This document shows, one piece after another, positions 18,050 to 27,784 of a DNA stretch of 32,000 nt. The first letter of the stretch is position 1; every line of letters begins with the position of its first letter. Made by a program: the position numbers and the translations under genes. Where the stretch lies: the NCBI GenBank assembly GCA_048882505.1, contig JBHLRO010000005.1:1-32000 (forward strand), written 5' to 3'. This DNA is from Candidatus Thorarchaeota archaeon (lineage in GTDB: Archaea > Asgardarchaeota > Heimdallarchaeia > Hodarchaeales > Hodarchaeaceae). The notes beneath the pieces are model-generated. The model worked only from the letters and a program-made list of their open reading frames with translations. It did not search any database and had not been told where the DNA came from.

Positions 18050-18528
18050 AATTAACCCTCTATTATGGTTAATAAATGTATTGGTTCCCTAATGATACTG
18101 ATCAAAGATAATGAACGATCTCATAAAATGATTCTAGCGCAATTCCGCCTTTCAGTTAATTCGGAGTCTTTCCCAGCACGTTGAAAGGGATTGGGATAAA
18201 CAAGCGATTCTTATGAAAGTTAGTAAGCTTAGCATACAAGTAAACTGTTCTTGGTTCCAAGTTCTTATTAAACAACCAGATCCAGGTTTATATATCGTAT
18301 CAACACTGTTGATCAACATAACGCACTTTTGGAGAAATAAAAATCCTACTTTTATGTACCCGATAATGCAAGTTTATGGGATTCCTTCTATGGGGAGACA
18401 TAATAACCACTTTTGATACTAAATCTAAGAAAAAATGTTTGAAACGATAATTGTAACGATCAAGAGATACATTAGCGAACAGGGAACTCGTAAACAGTAT
18501 TAAGTAATTAAGGGAAGAATGAGTTATC

Positions 18529-19728
18529 ATGCCTCCCAAAGTTTATTTTGGCTCTGTGCAACACGGGGTCAAGAAAAAGTTTGCCTCATTTGCTGCCAAG
18601 GTTGACCGAGTTATAGAAATGCTGGATCTCTCTACTATTGAGAAACAAGATAAAGTAGTCTTGAAAATGCATCTTGGTAATGGTGACGGATACCAAACTG
18701 TCCCCGTTTTCTTTATCCGTCGAATTGTTAAAGCCATTAAGGATGCAGGCGGATGGCCTTTCATAACTGACAGCCCTACGGCAGTATACAACGCTGCTGA
18801 TCGTGGTTACACACAGGAAACATGCGGATGTCCCATCATTCCTATTACCGGGATCAAGGACGGGTATGTGGTAAAAACACCAGTAGAATACGGACCTGTA
18901 GATCAAGTAAGTCTGGCTGGGGTATTACACGATGCTGATGTTCTCTTTGATGTAACACATGTAAAGGGCCATAACTCATGTGGTTTTGGAGGAGCTATTA
19001 AGAATCTGGCGCTCGGAGGGTTTGCTGCGGAAACACGATGGAAAAAAATTCATGGGATATTTAGTTCTATCCCTTTTTGGGACGCTGAAAAATGTACACC
19101 AGAGCATGCTGAAAAATTAGTTAAATCCTGCCCATATGAGGTCATCAAGTATAAAGCTGAGGAGCACAAACTTACTATTAACTTCAACGGTTGTCAAAAC
19201 AGCAATTGTTGGGAGTGTATGAAGGCAGACGAAGGTGTAGGAAGTCTAAATTTAACACAAGAACACTTTTCTGCATTCAATGAGCTTATGGCAGTTACAT
19301 CTAAGCAAGTTATTGATACTTTTACGGAAGACAAGCGGTTCTATCTGAGTTTCCTTCTCCAAATTACTCCTACATGTGATTGCTGGGGTATTGGCCAACC
19401 AAACATCGTAAATGATATCGGAGTACTTGGGAGTCGTGACATTGTGGCGATAGAAACTGCCTCTCTCGATTTGATCGCGAAAGAGGGTCTTATGGAGAAA
19501 AATATCCCCCTATTCATGAAGCATGTAAATCTAGACCCTAATGTAGATCTACATCCGTTTCAACGCCTGCAAGGGCCAATGAAGGATCCGTATTTGTCGC
19601 CCAACTATCTTGAAAAAATCGGTGGTGGTTCAAGGGATTACGATCTGATCGAAGTTCTTTCACCGGAAGAAACTGTGACAATTCCTCCACCACAACGAGT
19701 AACCGAAAAGGCCCCAACCTTCTTCTGA
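18529..19728 (+). CDS. DUF362 iron-sulfur protein with ferredoxin-like insert
   Basis: VVLKMHLG, THVKGH..CGFGGAIKNLALG, TPTCDC and DIGVLGSRDIVAIETAS motifs. Confidence 0.85.
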   Translation: MPPKVYFGSVQHGVKKKFASFAAKVDRVIEMLDLSTIEKQDKVVLKMHLGNGDGYQTVPVFFIRRIVKAIKDAGGWPFITDSPTAVYNAADRGYTQETCGCPIIPITGIKDGYVVKTPVEYGPVDQVSLAGVLHDADVLFDVTHVKGHNSCGFGGAIKNLALGGFAAETRWKKIHGIFSSIPFWDAEKCTPEHAEKLVKSCPYEVIKYKAEEHKLTINFNGCQNSNCWECMKADEGVGSLNLTQEHFSAFNELMAVTSKQVIDTFTEDKRFYLSFLLQITPTCDCWGIGQPNIVNDIGVLGSRDIVAIETASLDLIAKEGLMEKNIPLFMKHVNLDPNVDLHPFQRLQGPMKDPYLSPNYLEKIGGGSRDYDLIEVLSPEETVTIPPPQRVTEKAPTFF

Positions 19729-19761
19729 GACTGCAAAATAGGAATAATTGGGGATTGTTGA

Positions 19762-21726
19762 CTACAACTTGTCCTTAATTTGCTCGAAATAATCTAAAGA
19801 CTCTGGATTTTGAAGGGCGTCCCTGTTCAAAACAGGTTTTCCGTGTATAATATTCGTGATAGATATTTCAACCTTTTTCCCTGAAAACGTGTATGGAATG
19901 TCTGGCGTCTCCAATATTAGGCTCGGAACATGTCGTGGTGAACTTTTGGTTCTAAGTTCGGACACTATCTTTCTCTTCAAATCTTCATTGAGGTCTTGGC
20001 CTTCATTCAGCTTGACAAAAAGAATTACGCGTTGATCGCCTTTCCAGTTTTGGCCGATGGCTACACTATCAACGATCTCGGGCAGTGATTCCACGATATT
20101 GTATATCTCCGCGGTTCCGATTCGAACACCACTTGGCTTTAGAACCGCATCTGATCTTCCATAAAATGTAACACCTCCCGTTTTACTGTTTATAGCGATA
20201 TAATCTCCATGTCGCCATACATTCTTATTTTGAGGTTTATAGAAATCAAAATATGCTGCAAGATACTTTAGGTTTTCAGGGTCATCCCAAAAAAACAGCG
20301 GCATGCTAGGTGACGGAGCTTCGCATACTAGTTCAGCCTGCTGATCAATAACAGGTTCGCCATCCTCATTATATGCAAAAACTTTCATTCCCAATCCACG
20401 AGCTTGTAGTTCCCCAGCGTAGACGGGGAGAGTAGGGCTTCCGGCTGCAAAGCAACCGTTAATATCTGTTCCTCCTGAAATCGAATTAAAATGAACATCA
20501 GATTTTATATGATCATATACCCACTCCATCCCTTCCGCAGAGAGAGGAGATGCTGTTTGCGAGATTTCACGGAGCGATGTTAAATCGTAGCTCTTACCAG
20601 GTGTTGCCTCGACACCCATCAGATAGTTGATATAACTGGCACTACAACCCAATATGGAAACTTGTTCTTTCTGAACTAGCTCCCACATTCTCGCCCAATC
20701 AGGGTACAAGGGGTTCCCATCATATAAAACAATCGTTGCTCCGACTGCTAGTGAGCTGATAAGCCAATTCCACATCATCCACGACGGACTTGTGATATAA
20801 CAGATTCGATCTTTACGCTTCAGGTCTGTATGGAGAACTAGCTCCTTTAGATGATTTATCAACACCCCAACGCCTTGCACCATGCATTTGGGTTTTCCGG
20901 TTGTTCCTGATGAAAACATAATATAGATTGGATGATCGAATGGTAATTGTTCAAACGGTATTGGATCAGTGAGCGAAGTTGAGAGCCGAAACTCCTTCTC
21001 TAGGACACCATTTTTAATAGAGCTGATATCAAGGCTTTTTTTAACGTAAGGTACGATGACAGTTTTCTGAACCGAAGGGACTCCATTTACTATTTGTTCA
21101 ACCTTGGATAGGTTAGAGAACTTTCTATCCTTGTAAAAATAGCCATCAGCGGCGAATAATACTACAGGTTCGATTTGACCAAATCTATCTAGAACTGCTT
21201 GAGAACCCAGTTCTGCCCCGCACGAAGACCAGATTGCGCCGAGGCTAGTGGTTGCTAACATTGCCATAGCGGTTTCAGGTAAATTGGGCATATATCCCCC
21301 GACTCTGTCTCCTGGCTTAACTCCAAAATCCCTTAAAGCAGCAGCCAATGCCGCCACTTTTTCGTACAGTTCCCTATAGGTTATTTGGGATGACTTTTGG
21401 TTTTCTCCATGGAACATAAAGGCCAATTGGTGGTCACGAAAGCGTAAAAGATTTTCTGCGAAATTCAACCTGGCCCCAGGAAACCAAGCTGTTCCAGGGA
21501 ATTTTGACAGGTCATCTACCACCATATCGTACTTTCTGGAATAAATTATATCCCCAAATTTCCATATGGCCTCCCAAAATTCCGGAATATTGTTAATAGA
21601 CCAATTGTAGAGTGAACTATACGTTTCGAGGCTCAGATTATACTCTGCATTTACCATCTTAACAAAACGTGTAATATTCGCCTCTTCTATCGTTTTTGCA
21701 GAAGGTTTCCAGAGTAACTTGTTCAT
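19762..21726 (-). CDS. Acetoacetate--CoA ligase (acetoacetyl-CoA synthetase)
   Basis: 654 aa. LLWKPS N-terminus, WFPGARLNFAENLL, AMP-binding IMFSSGTTGKPKC, SISGGTDI, VWRHGD, GRSDAVLKPSGVRIGTAEIY, SPRHVP, GKKVE. Confidence 0.93.
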   Translation of the reverse strand: MNKLLWKPSAKTIEEANITRFVKMVNAEYNLSLETYSSLYNWSINNIPEFWEAIWKFGDIIYSRKYDMVVDDLSKFPGTAWFPGARLNFAENLLRFRDHQLAFMFHGENQKSSQITYRELYEKVAALAAALRDFGVKPGDRVGGYMPNLPETAMAMLATTSLGAIWSSCGAELGSQAVLDRFGQIEPVVLFAADGYFYKDRKFSNLSKVEQIVNGVPSVQKTVIVPYVKKSLDISSIKNGVLEKEFRLSTSLTDPIPFEQLPFDHPIYIMFSSGTTGKPKCMVQGVGVLINHLKELVLHTDLKRKDRICYITSPSWMMWNWLISSLAVGATIVLYDGNPLYPDWARMWELVQKEQVSILGCSASYINYLMGVEATPGKSYDLTSLREISQTASPLSAEGMEWVYDHIKSDVHFNSISGGTDINGCFAAGSPTLPVYAGELQARGLGMKVFAYNEDGEPVIDQQAELVCEAPSPSMPLFFWDDPENLKYLAAYFDFYKPQNKNVWRHGDYIAINSKTGGVTFYGRSDAVLKPSGVRIGTAEIYNIVESLPEIVDSVAIGQNWKGDQRVILFVKLNEGQDLNEDLKRKIVSELRTKSSPRHVPSLILETPDIPYTFSGKKVEISITNIIHGKPVLNRDALQNPESLDYFEQIKDKL

Positions 21727-21913
21727 AATACCACTTCATCCGCCTTAACTTCTGTATACCAATTTTTGGTCAGATATAAAGATCTTACCTGTCCCGTCAA
21801 TTGCATTTATTATGTACCTGCTTTTCTCAAGAAATGCATTAAAACCTGAATTTTTGAATAATTAGGTCAAAATTCATCCAAAAAATGAAAATAATGGATT
21901 TGGTAATGGTTCG

Positions 21914-21939
21914 TGGCATAAATGAACCTTTTTATGCCA
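21914..21939. promoter_or_regulatory. Perfect 9-bp inverted repeat in a divergent intergenic region (candidate operator)
   Basis: TGGCATAAA-tgaacctt-TTTATGCCA between the divergent ligase and HhH genes. Confidence 0.45.
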
Positions 21940-22185
21940 TAGGGGCTTTTATTTGCTTGAGGAATTCTTTTTTAATCAGAAAGGTAGATTTTCAATTTAA
22001 TGCCTGATTAAGGTTTAGGAGACCAATGCAGGATTCACTTCCTTAAAATCCCTATAATATTTCAACATGGTATTTTTCAACATATTGAAAACAGATTATC
22101 CATGGATGAAGGTTGAATCGCAAAAAAAGGTTGATTGACGTCTAATCAAAGCTATCGAACGGTTCTTTACATAAAGGTCATTGTT

Positions 22186-23367
22186 ATGCCTACCATAAGT
22201 TTGTCGTTATCTCAAGCCCCCTATTCACAGGCTTTCTCATTTTCTCCAGGGGAAAAGATAAATATCCACGTTTTATTCGAGGAAGGACAGATTCCTGAGA
22301 GCTACCGTCTTCAAATTCTTGATCATAAAAAAAACACCCGATTGAATCGCTATGGAAAAGGTTTCCCTGATATCGTGGTGAATGCATGGCCCATTCCCAC
22401 TCGATTGCGTGATGAGCATTTGGGGGTATGGCAGGTTTGGATAGAGGATTTAAAAGGTACTACTAAGCCTTATGGACATTTTTTCTATGTTGAAAAGGAG
22501 GGACGACGAGAAAAGCCCATGCTTGAAGGGATTTCTGTACCTGAGTTGCCTGAACAGCTCTCCTTGGATCAAATTATGGAAAGTGAACCTCTAGGAGGAC
22601 CAGAGATGGTTTCTCCAAGAATGACGTCCCAAACACCCACAAGCGTAGTTACTGAATCTGCAATCCCCGTTACTACTATTCATGGAATTGGAAAAACCTA
22701 TGCAGACAGATTATCTCAATTAAACATATTTTCCGTATCCGATTTATGGAATTTTCATGATCGGTTAACCCTTGCCCAAACAATGCGGGTATCGGACAAA
22801 AAACTGGGTTCCCTCCTGCAAAATGCTAGTCTTATCTTGGAGCGAGAACCAAGGTCAGGCGTTTATGGCTCATTCAAAGGCGTAAAAACGGAACCAATGA
22901 CCCAGCTAAAATCTGATGATGCCTTACGCATGTCTGTAACGAAAATTAAAGGGATAGGTCAGGTAACTGCTAGGGAATTGAGTGCATTAGGGATCATTAC
23001 GGTCGAGGATTTTCTTGGCTCCAGCTATGCTGATATGGACTCAATAACGACCAAAAAAACGTTTTCAAAGTGGAAGAACAACGCCTCCCTGCTAGTGTCG
23101 GGCCCTAAAGGTAAAAAAGATACCCCACCAGCTGCTAAAAGCCAAATTCTCAAACCCACGAAAGGGCGAGTTACGGTAGATCTGAAAGGAGGACAACTTT
23201 CAAGTCTCAGGGGAATTGGCCATAAAACAGAACACAAACTAAACCTATTGGGCATTTATACGGTCAAAGATATGACCACCTATAACAACCAAGAAGAACT
23301 TAGGAAGGCCCTTAGAATGTCTCAATTACGTTTTCAAACCTTTTTGAACTCCTTAAAATTGGAATAA
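22186..23367 (+). CDS. Protein with N-terminal Ig-like beta-sandwich, Pro/Ser/Thr linker and three helix-hairpin-helix (DUF4332/HHH_5-like) repeats
   Basis: Repeats IHGIGKTYADRLSQLNIFSVSDL, IKGIGQVTARELSALGIITVEDF and LRGIGHKTEHKLNLLGIYTVKDM. N-terminal FSPGEKINI...LGVWQVWIED. ATG 22186 preferred over TTG 22135. Confidence 0.7.
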   Translation: MPTISLSLSQAPYSQAFSFSPGEKINIHVLFEEGQIPESYRLQILDHKKNTRLNRYGKGFPDIVVNAWPIPTRLRDEHLGVWQVWIEDLKGTTKPYGHFFYVEKEGRREKPMLEGISVPELPEQLSLDQIMESEPLGGPEMVSPRMTSQTPTSVVTESAIPVTTIHGIGKTYADRLSQLNIFSVSDLWNFHDRLTLAQTMRVSDKKLGSLLQNASLILEREPRSGVYGSFKGVKTEPMTQLKSDDALRMSVTKIKGIGQVTARELSALGIITVEDFLGSSYADMDSITTKKTFSKWKNNASLLVSGPKGKKDTPPAAKSQILKPTKGRVTVDLKGGQLSSLRGIGHKTEHKLNLLGIYTVKDMTTYNNQEELRKALRMSQLRFQTFLNSLKLE

Positions 23368-23535
23368 CGTATTCTATAACATCCATACTAGTATCGTGGA
23401 AATTTTACCCGAGTAATTGCGTTTTTAAAACTAAAACTCTTGCGTAAAATTTTATTACTTCTCGAGATTGTTACTTTCCTACGACAAATTATTGTTTACT
23501 ACCCGTTAAAATTGAAAGATGTGATCCTAGTGTCG

Positions 23536-25746
23536 ATGCAATTTGAAAATCTTGAAGCTAGTGATAAAGATACTCGAACAAGCGCGGCTATCGCGTTGGG
23601 AAATGTTCGTACGAAATCTTCTCTTCGTGCGCTTTTAGACGCGGCAAAAAATGATCTGGAAAAGGATGTAAGGAAAGCAGCCATCGATTCGATTGCCAAG
23701 TTGGGAGATCCAGAGGCCATATCTGTTTTGGAACAAATTTCTACTGATGACAATGATCGGGGAACTCGAAACAAGGCAAAAGAAGCTATTGCCACCATTC
23801 GTGCTTCTGGAGTTTCTTTGCCTGAAAGCGAGGATTACTCCGAAAGCGATGCAGATCGAGCACGATCCGATTTTCGGGCGTTAGAGGATCACGAAAAAGG
23901 GCAGCCAGGGCTTAAGGTTAGACTACAGGAGCTCATAAAATATCAGATAGATCGGGAAAATAATCTGGTAAACCTAGAAGGGGACGAAATTACATCTTTG
24001 ACTGGTACTGGAAAGCTTGAAATTGTTAACACCGGAAAAAAAGATAGAATTTGGGGTATTGATGCAAAGATGGAGGGGGTGGAAAATGTACTTTTTGATG
24101 CGGATTTTGAGCAAGGTACCGCGGTATTTGATGATTCTTTCGCACTAAAAGAGTTGAATCCGTCAGAGGCGAAAAGCGTTCCATTTACATTTGATCTGGC
24201 GGCCCCCCGAGTGTTACTCGTAGAAAACTTTTGGGATTCAGAAAAAACTGATTCTCCGCCTATTTTTTCTCGTGGAGAAGAAGCAAGTATGCGTTTCACA
24301 ATTGAAGTTTCCAATCAGTTCGATTGGTCTCTGAAAAATGTGGTAATCAAGAAATATATACTTGACAGCGAAACTGGATTAAGTAATTTTGAAACCGATA
24401 CTGGAGCGATGACTGAGAACTCGGATAATAATGGACGTCATTTATTCTGGGAAATCGAAGAGATACCTGCTAATAGTAAAGTAAATGCTAGTTGTCGTTT
24501 TACTGTCATTTTACCTGAAGGCACAAATGAACCGTACAGGATTGGAAGTACAATGATTACCTATTACGGGCTTGAAACTAATCTTTCTGGCCTGAATCTT
24601 AAAACTGTCACGGGGAGCTCATCGGTTTTCCAGTTTATTTCCAGAGAAGAGCAGGAAGAAAATCCCGGTGATTTTGACTGCAGGTTTGAATTGGAGAATA
24701 CCAGCGAATTTGAAATGGATCTAAAAACCGTCCGAATTTATGAAGGACCGCTGGATGAAGGTAATGTCAGAATAGAATGGCTGGGAAGAGATTTTCCTGA
24801 AGAGGAGCGATCCATTGATCCTGGTGAGATATTTACACTGGATCCTTGGACTATCACGGTTGACGAACCGGATAATATCCCACAATTTGGCCGTGAATTA
24901 GATCTTAGCGTCAAATACTTGTTTGATTCTGAAATAGTTGCTGAAGTTACTTCGGCTGGTTATGCCTTACCTTTAATGGCGATCGAAGTGAAACAGAACT
25001 ATAATCCCCTAGAAATCCCTTCATATCGTCGTGCTGAGGTTATATCCGGATATTCAATAAAGTCTATTGGTAGTACCGAGATTGAGTACTTAAAACTCGT
25101 TAGTAAGTTACCTGAAGGATTTGAAGGACCTGAGAGAGGAAATATTCAAGTAAAAAAGGGAGATATACGATTAGAAGACTTTGACGCTGACGTATCGTCT
25201 GAAACAGTTACTATAACAATGGAACATCTCGAAGAGTCACCAATAGGTGCTTTCGCGCAAGGAGAAGAAATAGAAGTAAAATATCCCATATATGCTATGG
25301 CGAAACCTGACGAGGAATTCACGGGCTCTGTGATTGTTTACGGAAATCTTTATCCGGAAATAAAACCAATAACAGCAGAAGCCGAAGCTGGTCCTATCAC
25401 TGTCATTCACCAACGAAGAAAGCTAAAGATTGGGAAAATGGTTTCATCAACCGCTAGTGAGGATCCAAACGAATATGAGATCCTCATTCGTGGTGAGAAT
25501 GACGGAACAGCGATCATTAGAAATGTTGAAATTACTGATTTCTTGCCAGCAGGTTTTGAATTGGCATCAGATACAGAGGAAGATCCACCCGTAGGTTTTG
25601 AAGATCAATACTCCGTTCACGGCGGAAGAGCCATGAAATGGGTTTTTGAAGAGGTTAGTCCGGGGCAAAAAGTGCATATTCGCTTTAAAATCAAAGCGCC
25701 TGGCGATCACGATCCCAAAGATGTCTATAGAATGTTACTTGGGTAG
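23536..25746 (+). CDS. Acidic protein: N-terminal HEAT/PBS repeats + putative mu-homology-like domain + further Ig-like/DUF11 beta-sandwiches
   Basis: HEAT repeats RTSAAIALG, VRKAAIDSIAKLGD, TRNKAKEAI. Beta-rich remainder, with NVEITDFLPAGF...WVFEEVSPGQ (DUF11-like) at the C-terminus. ATG 23536 preferred. CDS is secure; the MHD call is inference. Confidence 0.7.
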   Translation: MQFENLEASDKDTRTSAAIALGNVRTKSSLRALLDAAKNDLEKDVRKAAIDSIAKLGDPEAISVLEQISTDDNDRGTRNKAKEAIATIRASGVSLPESEDYSESDADRARSDFRALEDHEKGQPGLKVRLQELIKYQIDRENNLVNLEGDEITSLTGTGKLEIVNTGKKDRIWGIDAKMEGVENVLFDADFEQGTAVFDDSFALKELNPSEAKSVPFTFDLAAPRVLLVENFWDSEKTDSPPIFSRGEEASMRFTIEVSNQFDWSLKNVVIKKYILDSETGLSNFETDTGAMTENSDNNGRHLFWEIEEIPANSKVNASCRFTVILPEGTNEPYRIGSTMITYYGLETNLSGLNLKTVTGSSSVFQFISREEQEENPGDFDCRFELENTSEFEMDLKTVRIYEGPLDEGNVRIEWLGRDFPEEERSIDPGEIFTLDPWTITVDEPDNIPQFGRELDLSVKYLFDSEIVAEVTSAGYALPLMAIEVKQNYNPLEIPSYRRAEVISGYSIKSIGSTEIEYLKLVSKLPEGFEGPERGNIQVKKGDIRLEDFDADVSSETVTITMEHLEESPIGAFAQGEEIEVKYPIYAMAKPDEEFTGSVIVYGNLYPEIKPITAEAEAGPITVIHQRRKLKIGKMVSSTASEDPNEYEILIRGENDGTAIIRNVEITDFLPAGFELASDTEEDPPVGFEDQYSVHGGRAMKWVFEEVSPGQKVHIRFKIKAPGDHDPKDVYRMLLG

Positions 25747-25870
25747 TTCAGATCGAGATCGCTACCCTTTCTTCCCTTTATCATTTTTGTTCAGCTTAGT
25801 TTACAAGTTATTGGCCCCATAATCCACGCATAAATCAAGCGAAGCGGGACTATGAAGCAGGTGCCAATAG

Positions 25871-27391
25871 TTAGTGCAATGAAGGAGTTAGATCCCGAAG
25901 TTTGATTGCTTCCTGGAGGTAGGCTTCCACCTCTGAAAAGGCAATCCGTTCTTGTAATGGGGCATTTCGATCTGATAGATCCTTCCATTCTGATAGTTGC
26001 TTCTCCAAGCGATTTTGTTCTTCTTTTACTTCAGCCAATAAGTAGCCCAGACCTTTCTTCTCTGCGACTTCTGCGGCTTGCGTTAACAGCTGGAAAGCAT
26101 CTTGTGCATCCCCCTTGACAAGTTTGAATTTGGCCTGCAGAAGTTGAATCCTGATCATGTCTGGAATGAATTGCCAAGATTGCGCTAAATCCCCTGCCTG
26201 CAACGCCAAGGCCTGTGCTTCTGTGAACAGGTCTTTATCCCCCAGTAGACTAAATTCTTGTAGAAGCAAATCACATAAATGCAACATTGCAGTAAACTTC
26301 ATGTGATGGAGCGTATTTTCATCTTTGAAAATTTCCCGTAACAAATCCTGGGCTTTTGCTTTATCTTTAAACCGTTGGCTTGCTTTGAGAAACTGAGCTT
26401 CTGCCATTTTACAGTACAGGGTGGTCATTAAATCAGGATTGTCAGATTGATCGGCTTGGAGGAGCTTGAGATGTTCGTGTGCTTGAGCACGGTCATTCAC
26501 GTCGAGAGCTAGCAGTAATAGCCTATACTTCGGTTCAGTTTGATCCGCAAAAGCCTTCACGGGAGTTTGTTTAAGAAGAGCCAAACTATCCAGGTAATTC
26601 TGCTTTGCTTGCTTCTGATCCCCTCTTGCATGATAGAGTGTCCCGAGCGCCTTCTTTATACGAGCCAAATACAGCGTAAATTCGTGTTGCTTGGCAAGAT
26701 CAAGTGCTTGATGATAATATTCAGAGGCCCGATCCAGGTTTCCTTGTCTTTGGTACATTCTCCCTAATAGCATATACGCGTGAGATTTGAATGGAGCATT
26801 ATTCAGCTGATCGCATACATCCAATATTCGTTCGTAGAAGTCTGTAGCAAGAGCCCAATCCCCCCTCCTCTCCGCAAGGACTCCCAAATCATTAAATATC
26901 TCAATTTTTAGGCTTTTCAAAGGGAAATCCTCCTCCTCAGCCACTTCCAATGCTTGGAAGTAGAGTTCTGATACCTCATCATTATTTCCCTTGGATATAG
27001 AGTACACAGCTTTCATATATTTGGCTATACCAAGAAGGAATTTAGGCCTGAAAATCTTTGACTTGATATTATGATCTCCAGGGGGTAATTTCGTTAACAA
27101 CAGTTCTACCCGCTGATATTCTGCCCAACCTTCTTTGTATTTGGCTTGCAGCATTAAAACCCAGAATTTTGCCAAGAGCGCCAGTGTATGGAGATAAGAG
27201 TTGTCCAAAATCCTTGTTAAGACATCTTCAATAATGGAATTTGCCTGATCTACGCTTCCATTTAATACAATGAACATGGCTTTCACAATCTGCGCTTCGG
27301 ATCGTTGGTCTCCGCTGAGCGAAGCTGCTTCCTGAAAAGCTTGTGTCATCAAACCCTGGTCGAGCAGTCGATAAAATTCCTTTAATCCCAT
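25871..27391 (-). CDS. Tetratricopeptide-repeat protein
   Basis: 506 aa all-helical. TPR units such as FNDLGVLAERRGDWALATDFYERIL, YMLLGRMYQRQGNLDRASEYYHQAL and KKALGTLYHARGDQKQAKQNYLDSL. Confidence 0.88.
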   Translation of the reverse strand: MGLKEFYRLLDQGLMTQAFQEAASLSGDQRSEAQIVKAMFIVLNGSVDQANSIIEDVLTRILDNSYLHTLALLAKFWVLMLQAKYKEGWAEYQRVELLLTKLPPGDHNIKSKIFRPKFLLGIAKYMKAVYSISKGNNDEVSELYFQALEVAEEEDFPLKSLKIEIFNDLGVLAERRGDWALATDFYERILDVCDQLNNAPFKSHAYMLLGRMYQRQGNLDRASEYYHQALDLAKQHEFTLYLARIKKALGTLYHARGDQKQAKQNYLDSLALLKQTPVKAFADQTEPKYRLLLLALDVNDRAQAHEHLKLLQADQSDNPDLMTTLYCKMAEAQFLKASQRFKDKAKAQDLLREIFKDENTLHHMKFTAMLHLCDLLLQEFSLLGDKDLFTEAQALALQAGDLAQSWQFIPDMIRIQLLQAKFKLVKGDAQDAFQLLTQAAEVAEKKGLGYLLAEVKEEQNRLEKQLSEWKDLSDRNAPLQERIAFSEVEAYLQEAIKLRDLTPSLH

Positions 27392-27784
27392 TTCAAGTCC
27401 TCTTATCTAATACCTTAAGTTGATAGAGTTGCAAGGAGAGCAAGAGCTTTTCTTCATCGATCCATAGATCGAGGCAAATTTATTTCACGACAAATCATTC
27501 TTATCCGATCATTGAAAGATATTCGCATAGTCAAACGATTTCCCTTTATAACACAATTCTTAGAATGAACTGGATTCTCCAACTAATTTACGAATACAGA
27601 CCGTTTTCTCATTTCTCGTGTATTTTTTTTGGGAAATTATAATATCGGAAGGAAAAGGTCTTTTTTTATATTTAAACACTCTCATTCAAATTTAGGGTTG
27701 TCTCTCGCTCTAATACCATGGACTTCATATAGCTATCGATTTCTGGACGTTTTGCAAGATTATATTATTTAGGAAAGATTGTAT

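Noticed and set aside
18213-18539. Short ORFs 18213..18416 (+) and 18300..18539 (-) in the divergent GTPase/DUF362 spacer
   Set aside because: They overlap each other, lack motifs and SD sites, and lie in an AT-rich promoter-type region.
5810-23535. ORF-track N-terminal extensions (starts at 6358, 8227, 15704, 22135, 23440)
   Set aside because: They use distal or non-ATG codons and add unconserved-looking sequence; downstream ATGs fit SD spacing and/or domain boundaries better. The hydrophobic leader at 23440 is therefore not treated as a signal peptide.
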